64,000 bases of DNA from Azolla caroliniana (Eukaryota > Plantae > Polypodiophyta), in NCBI GenBank assembly GCA_043228905.1, contig JBHGNT010000010.1, positions 8,184,001-8,248,000 of the forward strand, in the 5' to 3' direction. Position 1 is the first letter of the stretch; each line of letters opens with the position of its first letter. A program made the position numbers and the translations under genes. The notes beneath the pieces were generated by a model. That model was not told the DNA's origin. It did no database searches and saw only the letters and a program-made list of their open reading frames with translations. Shown piece by piece: positions 11,651-22,236 of this stretch.

Positions 11651-12095
11651 TGAATTGTATTTTCTAGGATATTATTTTCATTTATACTTTATCATAGAAA
11701 ATTGATGTATATTCCAGATCTCTCTGGAACATTCTAGAAGCTTCAGGATTATTCCTAAAAACACTATAAAAGGAGGCACAATGCATTGTTTTGAACCAAA
11801 TTGGTTCAACGCTAGTCTTAAGCCTCTTAGCCGCTTGTACTTATCTTTTCACATAATATATTAGCTGCTGTCATCATCTCTCTCTCTCTCTCTCATTCTC
11901 GCAATCTCTCTCTCTCCTCTTCTCACTTCCTCTCTCGGGAATCTTACGCAGTCCCGTCCTCTTAGTACTAATAGTACTACTGTTCTTTAGTACTAATTCC
12001 ATCTCTGTTTTAGTACTATTCCTGACAGTTTGAACCAATTTTTCCTCTAGCCTACTTGTCACTCTCCCTCATCCTCCTACCCTTTTCCCTATACT

Positions 12096-13257
12096 ATGGC
12101 TACTGTTAGCGCCCAAGAATACCAATCCGTTTTCTCCGAGCTATAGTGCCTAAAAGAAAAGTTTGTTGCCCTGGAACAAGAAAACCAACGGCTGATAGGG
12201 GATCTGCAACAAATCGCTCTAGAAAAACAACAAACGCAACAACAACATGGGGAGTTAGCGTTACGGGTACAACAACTCGAAGCAGCGTTGCAACAACAAG
12301 GATCCAGTCCCCAAGGATTTCATAAAGAGCCCAAGATTGGACTTCCTGTGAAATTTGATGGAACGCGTTCGCAATTCCGGGGATTCCTTAATCAGGTACG
12401 CTTAGTCATCCAGATGCATCCTTCCCGATATCCCACTGATGCATCTTGAGTCGGCCTAATAGGCACGCTACTTAGCGGCTCAGCCTTGGCATGGTTCGCT
12501 CCGCTTCTAGAAAAACAATCGCCCTTGCTTGCTTAATAACTTTGAAGATTTTATTGGTGAGTTTAAAGCCTGCTTTGGAGACACCGACAGTATCAGGACA
12601 GCAATCAACAAGATCCGGCGATTGCGTCAAGGCGATCGTCCAGCCTCTGCCTACGCGGCGGATTTCCGCCTACTTGCTTCAGATATACCCTGGGATGATC
12701 AAGCACTAATGGAGCAGTTTCGCTATGGCTTGCGAAACGATGTCAAAGATCCACTTCTAACTTTCCCCGAAGAACCAAAGTCTCTTACGGAGGCAATCAG
12801 TCGAGCAGTTCGATGTGACAACCGCCTTTTTGAATGGCGTTCAGAACGTCAATTACAGATACCACGCTCTAGGCCAGAGCCCACTTACGCCGCAGTCGCG
12901 GCTAAACCGTTTGCACGAGACATACCTCAAGCAAATACTTCGACACCGATGGAGATCGATACCATGCGTCGACGCGGCCCGTTATCGGAAGAAGAAAAGC
13001 AACGACGACGTGCCAATCGATTATGTCTTTATTGCGGTGGACCAGGACATATCGCCATCAATTGTCCCCATAGGCCAAGAAGACAGGTAAATCAAATCGT
13101 CGCCTGTACTAAACCCGAGTCAATTCTTCCCTTCGGAGTGTCTGATAGTATTAATAGTACTAATAGAGTGTCATATAGTATTCATAGTACTAATAGCCCA
13201 AGTATCTCAAATAAATTTGAAATCCTTAGTCAATTAGATGAAGAGTTAAACGATTGA
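12096..13257 (+). pseudogene. J gag
   Basis: LRQGDRPASAY, TPMEID and CLYCGGPGHIAINC motifs; internal stops and a 4-nt duplication frameshift. Confidence 0.9.
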
Positions 13258-16200
13258 GTCCAGCCAAAATAGGAGCCATTTGGTTGGACATCAGCCCTAG
13301 ATCTGTACAGCCCATTAGTGGTTCCATTCCTTCCAAGCAAGTTAGCAATGTGTTCCTAGCCCAAGTCATTGTTAGTACTAAAAGTACTCCCCCAGTACCC
13401 GTCCTAGCACTTTTAGATTCTGGAGCTAATTCCTGTTTCATGGATCGAAATTTTGCCCAAGCTTCTCAGATATCCTTAAGAAAACTTCCTTGTCCCGCAT
13501 CTGTAGTGGTCATTGATGGTCGTCCCATTGCTTCCGGGAATATTGTAAAAGAATCAGAACCCATTCAAGTTGTCCTAGGTAGTTTTGTGTGTATAATATC
13601 ATTTAATATAATTAGTAGTCCAGAGCATCCCATTGTCCTAGGATTACCTTGGCTTGAATTACATAATCCAGCCATAGATTGGAGAACAAGAGAAGTCCGA
13701 TATCGACCACCCCAAGAATCAACTCACCGAGTTTCGACCATTTCACTCCATCAACTACGCGAAGAAGGACCCAAGGAGGCAATGTTCCTATTTGCCATAT
13801 CAGTACATCCTTCTAGCACTATTAAGAAGGACTCCTCAATACAACTTCCGGCAAAATATCATCCTTATGCCGATGTATTTGACAAGGTAAAAGCCGGTAC
13901 CATTCCTCATCACCGTCCCTATGACTGTCCCATCGATTTACAACCAGGAACCGAGCCACCATGGGGACCAATTTACAACTTGTCACCCACCGAGTTAGAA
14001 TTCCTTCGAGCCTACATAGAGGAGAACTTGGCAAGCGGGTTCATCCGTCATTCAAAATCTCCGGCCGGTGCACCCATCTTCTTTGTCAAGAAGAAAGATG
14101 GCTCACTTCCTCTTGTCATTGATTACCGCGGATTGAATAAAGTCACCATCCGGAATAGGTATGCACTTCCTCTTATATCAAGTCTTTTAGAGCGAGTTAA
14201 TGGTGCCAAGTTTTTTACTAAAATCGACCTACGAGGAGCGTATAATCTCGTGCGGATCTGACCGGGAGATGAGTGGAAGACCGCTTTTCGCACGCGGTAT
14301 GGGCATTTCGAGTATATTGTTATGCTGTTTGGCCTAACCAATGCACCCGCAGTCTTCCAACACATGGCAAATGATATATTCAGAGACCTCTTGGATATCT
14401 GTTTGATCATTTATCTGGATGATCTGTTGATTTATTCGAAGACCCAGGAAGAGCACGATTCTCATGTACTATTAGTACTAAAGCGACTCCGCGAGAATGG
14501 TCTTTATGCCAAGCTAGAAAAATGTAGCTTTGACTGCAAGCAAGTGGAATTTCTAGGCTACGTCATCTCCTCAAAGGGCATCGCCATGGATCCAGCTAAA
14601 ATCCAAACTGTACTAGAGTGGCAAATTCCACGGTCGGTATGAGATGTACAATGTTTTCTAGGTTTTGCTAACTTCTACCGTAAGTTTATACAGGATTACT
14701 CGAAGATTATTTTACCTCTCACACAACTTACGAAGAAGGGTCAAGCATTTCTTTGGTCCATCGAAGCAGATATGGCTTTTCGGCATCTTAAGAAAGCCTT
14801 TACATCAGCACCGATTCTAGCTCATGTGGATACAAGCAAACCATTCATCATGGAGGCCGACGCATCAGATTTTGCCCTCGGTAGCATCCTTTCTCAACAA
14901 GGCGATAAAGAAGAGTTGCATCTGGTGGCTTTCCATTCGCGCAAATTCAATGTCGCAGAAATCAACTACGAAATACATGACAAGGAGTTATTAGCCATCA
15001 TGGATTAATTTGTACAATGGTGGCATTTCTTAGAGGGCTCTCCACATCAGGTCATTGTCTTTAGCGATCATAAAAATCTTGCTTATTTTCAGAACGCTCG
15101 CGTACTAAATCGACGGCAAGCTCGATGGGCGCAATTCCTCACGCGTTTCGACTTCGAAATCACATATCGACCGGGGAAGCAGCAAGGAAAAGCAGATGCA
15201 CTATCACGGCGTTCATATCTTGCACCTCGTCCTGGTGACGCAACATTTGATAATCAAAAGCAACTAATCTTGGGACCAACACGATTGCACATGACGCGGA
15301 TTTTTCACACCCCGATGGATTCACGGATTACCGATGACATACGTGCAACCTTGAAGACGGATAGTTTTGCTCAAGACATCCTGGCGCACATTGATACTTC
15401 TCGGGCATCCTGTTCTCAGTCTCAACAACCAGGTATTGACTACCGACAATTCGAATATCATGATGGTTTGTTATTCTTTAAAAAGCGCGTATATGTCCCC
15501 GATTGCTCCTGTCGCCTTCAAATCGTCCAACATTGTCACGACACCCATACGGCGGGACATTTCGGTAGTACCAAGACGTTGGAGCTAGTGCAGCGATCTT
15601 TTTGGTGGCCCCACATGCGCCGTTTTGTCGACGACTACGTTCGGACCTGTGATGCTTGCTGCCGAGCAAAGATGCCACGACACCATCCATATGGCTTGTT
15701 GGAACCTTTACCAATTCCAAGTAAGCCATGGCAGTCTATTTGTCTTGATTTTATCACAGATTTGCCGGTCTCGAAGGGGTTCGAGGCTATCCTAACCGTC
15801 ATCGATCGATATACGAAGATGGCACATTTTGTGCCATGTACTAAAGCCATCACTAGCGAGGAAACCGCCGCTCTTGTTATGCGTGAGGTATTTCGGCACC
15901 ATGGCCTCCCAGACAGTATTATCAGTGACCGAGGCCCGCAATTTGTCTCCAAATTTTGGCAGCATCTCTTCAGGATGCTCAAGGTCTCCTGCAACCTCTC
16001 CTCCGGCTACCATCCTCAGACCGACGGACAGGCGGAACGAACAAACCAAACGTTGGAGCAATATCTCCGGTGTTTCCTGAGTTATCAACAGGACGATTGG
16101 GCCGAGATTCTCCACTTTGCGGAGTTTGCGTATAATAATGCTATTCACTCCTCGACTCGGGTCTCCCCATTTTTCGCTTATACCGGTTTCCATCCTCGCT

Positions 16201-16810
16201 GGTCGGTGATCGACACTCTGGAGCTACCTACCAACCCTCGTGCCGAGGACCATTTGGAGAGGCTACGCAAGATCCAGATGGATCTCTCTACTCACCTTCG
16301 TCATGCTCAACACACACAGAAGACTTATGCGGATCGTCATCGGATTCCCTCCTCTTTTGCCATCGGAGATCGAGTATGGCTCTTACGTCGTCACATCAAG
16401 ACTACTCGACCGTGCGACAAGTTGGATTATCGACGACTCGGTCCTTTCCGTATTACGGGGAAGATTAATGATGTCACCTTCCGCAGCTTCAGATACATCC
16501 GGTTTTCCATTGTTCTCTTCTTGAACCTTATAAAGCAAACACCATTCCCGATCGTGTGACACCACCGCCGCCCCCGCTGGAGTTGGACGCCGGCCCGGAG
16601 TATGAAGTTGCTGCCATCCTCGATTCCAAACTTGTTCGCAGCAAACTTTATTACTTGGTCGATTGGCTCGGTTATAGTCCGAGCGAACGTACTTGGGAAC
16701 TCGTTGAGAATGTTGCCAATGCACAAGATCTTCTTGCTGATTTCCACCGAAAGTATTCGGACAAACCCGGTCCGCAATTAGCGCCGACTCGTTCCACTCG
16801 TCGTCTTTAA
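13254..16810 (+). pseudogene. J pol (PR-RT-RH-INT-chromodomain) in the -1 frame relative to gag
   Basis: LLDSGA, YLDDLL, EADASDFALG, H-H-C-C and DDE integrase; chromodomain EYEVAAILDS...YLVDWLGYSPSERTWE; several stops. Confidence 0.93.
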
Positions 16811-17267
16811 GGGGGAGATAGTGTCATGATATGGCAAGACTCGAACCCATGACTTTATGCTACATGGGTCGAGATCTTACCATTAGACTATGAATTGTAT
16901 TTTCTAGGATATTATTTTCATTTATACTTTATCATAGAAAATTGATGTATATTCCAGATCTCTCTGGAACATTCTAGAAGCTTCAGGATTATTCCTAAAA
17001 ACACTATAAAAGGAGGCACAAGGCATTGTTTTGAACCAAATTGGTTCAACGCCAGTCTTAAGCCTCTTAGCCGCTTGTACTTATCTTTTCACATAATATA
17101 TTAGCTGCTGTCATCATCTCTCTCTCTCTCTCTCATTCTCGCAATCTCTCTCTCTCCTCTTCTCACTTCCTCTCTCGGGAATCTTACGCAGTCCCGTCCT
17201 CTTAGTACTAATAGTACTACTGTTCTTTAGTACTAATTCCATCTCTGTTTTAGTACTATTCCTGACA

Positions 17268-17906
17268 ATACCGGTTCCGAGAGCACACCTATCGAAGCTG
17301 ATCGAGGTCTTGAAGGAGAAGGTGGATATGGGAATTTTGGAACCGTCGAATGCTCCCTATTCTAATAGGTGGTTCATGGTGCTGAAGAAGAATTGATCAT
17401 TGCGATTCATCCAAGATCTTCAACCAGTCAACAAGGTGACAATTTGGAATGTTGGAATCGGTCCGAGTGTGGATGAATTTGCCAAAGCATTTGCGGGCCG
17501 ATCTATCTACTGCATTGGCGATCTCTACTCTGGATGCGATCAATTCCAGTTGGTGGTCAACAGTCGTGACATTACAACTATGAGGACTCCGATCGGGCTT
17601 GTGCGGATGTGTACCTTACCTCAAGGTGCAACAAACTCGATGGCTCATATGGTGAATGCCATGAACAAGGTCTTGAAGGATTGCATCCCGGGCATCACGA
17701 TGCCATTCTTGGATGATATTCCGATAAAAAGGATGTTCGGATGAGGAGAAGGATGAATCGAAAGATAAGGAAGGGTGTAGAAAGTTCGTCGTGGATCATA
17801 TGAAAGATTGTGAGAAGGTGCTCCAAAGGCTCGAAGATTCGAATTTGACATTTTCGGGAGAAAAATCTGCATTTGGGCAACCAGAGATCTTGATGGTAGG
17901 TCACGT
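17268..17906 (+). pseudogene. A1 pol part 2 (RT core)
   Basis: RFIQDLQPVNKVT, LPQGATNS, PFLDDIPIK. Confidence 0.9.
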
Positions 17907-19456
17907 TGTTGCGAAGTTTCGCGCACATGTGTTACTTGGGCGGGACCACGGGGGTCTTGGACTAGGGAGTACTCAAGGGATAGAGAAGACCTGAGGTTTG
18001 CTTTATGACAATACTACTTCCCAACCCCTTCCCGATCAAGGTCTCGTTCCCCTTTGTTTTGTGAGGCCAGTGGCTCTCGTTGATCACGACTCACCGACCT
18101 TTCGAGATCACCGCACGAGCCAAGTGACCAAACGGGTACAAGCAAGATGATCATGCAAGATGAACGCACAAGGGGACGATAACACAAACATGAATGTACG
18201 TACTTCTTTATGAGGAGGAGAGGTGCATGGGCCCACCCGAATGCTCCCTCGTCACAAGACGTCGAAGGTACGAGGAAGACACAAAACACACGCACAAATG
18301 CTCGTATGCCTTTATGAGGAGGAGAGGTGCATGGGCACGCCCGAAACGCTCCCTCGTCACAAGACGACTGAACGTACAAGGAAGACATAAACACACGCAC
18401 AAAATGCTCGTACGCCTTTATGAGGAGGAGAGGTGCATGGGCAAGCCCGAAACGGTCCCTCGTCACAAGACGACCGAATGTACACGGAAGACACAAACAC
18501 ATGCACAAATGCTCGTACGTCTTTATGAGGAGGAGAGGTGCATGGGCACGCCCGGAACGCTCCCTCGTCACAAGACGACCGAACGTACAAGGAAGACATG
18601 AATAAAGAAAGAAGGAGAGAAAGAACACGAATGATATCGACCAAAGAGATAAATACGTGTTCGATTCCAACGCAAGAGGACCCTTTATAAAATAGGGTTT
18701 TGTTTACAATGGCAACTTATAGTTAACCACAAGCTCAATCAAAACATAAATACTAAAATTTTCCCTTAGAGAAAAAAGCAAATCCGAACACGGTGAAGAT
18801 GAACACACGAGCACCACCAAAATGCCAATCCCAACGAACCATGACCACCTGAACGGCGAGCACACGAGCTTGCAACGACGAATGGGGCGGAGCAACGTCG
18901 AACCAACGAAGCTTGGGCTCACGAGCACTTCGAGTGCCGACGCGAAGAAGACGAGCACGTGGCGATGGGGGGGATGAAGGGGTATGAGATGAAGAGAAGA
19001 GGTGAATAAGAAGATGAAGAGCTCCGAAGGAAAATTGGCGATAATCTCCTCCCAAAACGTCCTCCCGAATGAGCCCCCCTCGACCTCCTTTTATAGGAAA
19101 AAAAGAAGGGGGTCGCCAATTTTGTCTTCAATGAAAAAGGAATAAAATTCCTTAAATCACGCTACACTGTAGGACTAGACTTGAACCGTGCACCTTTAGC
19201 TAGTAGTCAAGGTGACTATTCACTAGCCCACTAACTCTCTCTATAAATTCTTAGCCTGTCTCTCCTCTACATTTTATCTCTCTTCTCTCTTACTTTTTGC
19301 ACGGGCTTCTATGCATCCTTTCCACCCTTTCTTTTCCCTTTTATTTTGCATATGCATAACTAATCGCTTTGTGTGCACACACATTGCACATGCACATTTT
19401 TGACCCCCCACCCTTTCACCGGTTTTTCCCACTCTCGAGCACGCCACATCACGACA
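17907..19456 (-). mobile_element. Solo LTR (1550 bp) of the Trp-primed gypsy group
   Basis: TG...CA ends; perfect TSD ACGT at 17903-17906 and 19457-19460. Confidence 0.88.
18180..18600. repeat. ~105-bp tandem repeat, 4 copies, inside the solo LTR
   Basis: TTTATGAGGAGGAGAGGTGCATGGGC recurs near 18207, 18311, 18417 and 18523. Confidence 0.9.
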
Positions 19457-20499
19457 ACGTTGTCGTGAAGATTCCGGGCCATGGTGAGAAACCGGGGAAT
19501 ATTGGAAGAATCGACGGAGTGCACCATGGGCACTTACCCTTGTAAAAACGTGTGAATAACAGGGGTGCGTTTATGGCGCCGAACAGGAGTCAAGTTGGGA
19601 AAGAGAATCCCATGTAAATTGGGATTTATCCCACATTGTAACACATCCCTCTCCTTGTTCTATAAAAGGAAGGGAGGGTCCCTTGTAGAGGGGTTGCCCA
19701 TTTTGAGTCACAAGGGTATACCATTTTGGTGGACGGTCATTTTGTTAAGAATTCTTCTAGGTTAGAAACTTTCTTGTAGTCTGCTTCTTCTTCTCCTTCT
19801 TGAGAAGTGGGGCACCATAGCCATGGCAGCAAAGCTCTATAAGGGTTAAGTTCTTCTTCTTCTTCTGAGTGTAGCCCGGCTTGAAGCGGAGGTTATATCT
19901 TCCCCTTTGTAATAAATATATTCATATATGTTTGCGCATATTGGTGTCTCTGATGGTGTCGGGTGCATAGCTCCCCTCCTTTGCTTCCTGTACATAAGAG
20001 TCGGTGTTGCGCGCGTGCTCTCTCTCTCTTGTGTTCGGTTGCCTTTGGTATGTGTCCGGAGTCGGTTTTCCTGGCATCCCTCTCTTCCTGATCCGAGACC
20101 CCTGTGGTCCTGCCTTTCTACACGCACTTGCGGATTTCTACGACATATGTGGTGAGCCCGATGTGAAGGGCGGCAAGGGAGAATGGAGTTGGAAGAAGAC
20201 AACTTCGTACAACTTTTTGTCGAAGCGGTGAGGGAGTTTGGACGAGCAACAACAAGAAGAGAGACGATGCAACAAGCTATCGAATGCGTGGTCGAAAGAG
20301 TCGGTTGTTTCTCCGCCTGGGCTTGAGGGTACGGAATGAGTCCGGAAGGATCGGCATCAAGCCCAGGCGGAGAATCAAAACCCTGGACATTGGAGAATGA
20401 AGCCCAGGCGGGGCTTGATCGATCATAGAGCGGATGTTTTCCATCGACACCACTAAAAGGGTCGGTGGCCTCGGACGAGTCGTCGAGAGTCGTTACGAA

Positions 20500-22060
20500 A
20501 TCGGTATCCCCACATCTTCACCGGAGACTTCGGTAATTCAAGCCAACATGGCAACGTGAGACCGAAAGAGAAGGGAGACTGTGGGGAAGCCCAAGCAAGG
20601 AGAGCGACGACCAGTCCAGGAGGAGCACGAGGGACGAAGCGGAGAACGAAGACCGGGCTCGAGGTCCTATGGGTCACCTCACACCGGGCTCGAGACTTCG
20701 GCAATCGGCATCGGATCCGACGTAAGACCAAGATACTGACGGTGGCAGCAGGAGAACAGGATCCGGCAATGCGGAGTGACGGACGGACCCGGACGAGAAC
20801 CGAGCGGAGCGGACTTCAGGATAATCGATCCGGAAGGGAGGAAGAGGCAAGCCTACGGGAAGGCCGAGAACACGGTACGACGGTACCACGGGAGAGTGTG
20901 TGGAGGGAGCCACCCTCTTGACATGTGAAGAAGGAAGACCCGGGAAAGGGTCGGGAAGATGAGAAACCCAAGGTGGATCCTTCACACCAGTTCTAGAGAC
21001 TCCGGCAGTCGGCCTGAGACCTAGAGTGACGAACGGTGGCGGCGCGGGGACGAAGGCAAAGGACTGTGAATGGGTGGTCTACGTAGATCCTCACACCAAT
21101 CTGGCGGTCGGCCCGAGAGTCGGCGTGAGTCCTATCGGAGAGAATGGTGGCGGCAGATGAACGTGACCAACAGAAGAGGCCGACGTGGAGGAGGGGACTA
21201 TGACGAGAGGAAAACGGCAAGCGGTGCTACTGTGACCTTACACACATCGGTTCTAAACACTCCGGTAGCCGGCAACGAGAGCCGGTGTGAGACCTAGAGA
21301 GAAGAACGGTGGTGGCGGCAAGGCGGGCAACCAAAGACGGCAAAGGGGAGGTACCACAAAAAAACTCACACCAATCCAACGGTCGTCCCGAGAGCCGTCG
21401 TGAGTTCTATAGGAAAGGACGGTGGTGGCAAGTGAACGTGGGATCCCAATAAACGGCATAGGATTGCGGATGGGCAGTCTACGGAGTTCCTCACACCGAT
21501 CCGGCGGTCGGCCCGAGAGCCGGCATGAGTCCTATAGGAGAGAACAGTGGCGGTAGGTGAACGTGACCCGCAGAAGAGGCCGACACGGAGGTCGAGTCTA
21601 CGACATAGGAGTGCGGATGGGGCGATCCTCACACCGATTCGGAGACTCCGGCAGCTGACAACGAGAGCCGGCGTGAGACCTAGAGAGATGGACGGTGGCG
21701 GCTGGTGAACCAGATGAGGGAGAAGGGCCGGAGCGAGATGGCAAAGGGGGAGGTCCTACGGAGACACTCACACCGATCCGGAGACTCCGGCAACTGGCAA
21801 CGAGAGTCGGCGTGAGACCTAGAGAGATGGAGGGTGGCGATAGGAGAACGTGATCAGACGATGGAATGCGGAACACAGAGCGAAAGGAGGTATAAGGCCG
21901 TAGACACGGCCATGAACTGGATATGGACCCCACCGATAGAGTCGGTAGGACAAAGATCGGACGCGCTTAGTACACAAGTCGGTGACCCAACAAAACAGAG
22001 GCCGAAGAAGGATCCTTCACACCTATCCGGAGACCTTGGCAGTTCGGCCGCCGTGGCAAC
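20500..22060 (+). repeat. Degenerate GC-rich tandem array (~110-150-bp units) in the B interior
   Basis: Recurring CTCACACC(G/A)ATCC.G...GAGAG.CGGCGTGAG.CCTA motifs. Confidence 0.75.
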
Positions 22061-22236
22061 GAAAGACCAAGGAGAAGGTAGGTGGCGGCGAGGGGAAGAA
22101 GGCGGTGGAGATCTGCGCGGAACGAGAATCGGGATGACGGGAAGGTCGACGGAGGCCAAGCAGGCCATCACTGCGTAACCGAAGGAACGAGAAGCGTGCA
22201 TGCGGTCGAAAGAAGGGCAAATGGGGAAGCACACAC

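Larger units (their letters stand above)
11582..17267 (+). mobile_element. Element J: full-length Tcn1-like chromovirus (Ty3/gypsy), self-priming, coding-defective
   Basis: 446-bp LTRs at 11582-12027 and 16822-17267 (2 mismatches seen), TG...CA ends, TSD ATACC on both sides, PPT AAGGGGGAGATAG, no tRNA PBS. Confidence 0.95.

Noticed and set aside
18014-18670. 218-aa repetitive ORF or CRISPR-like array
   Set aside because: The ORF arises from a ~105-bp tandem repeat in an LTR; there are no unique spacers, no cas genes and the context is eukaryotic
20556-22234. Env-like or accessory genes in element B
   Set aside because: Short overlapping ORFs on both strands within a degenerate GC-rich repeat array, with no recognisable domains
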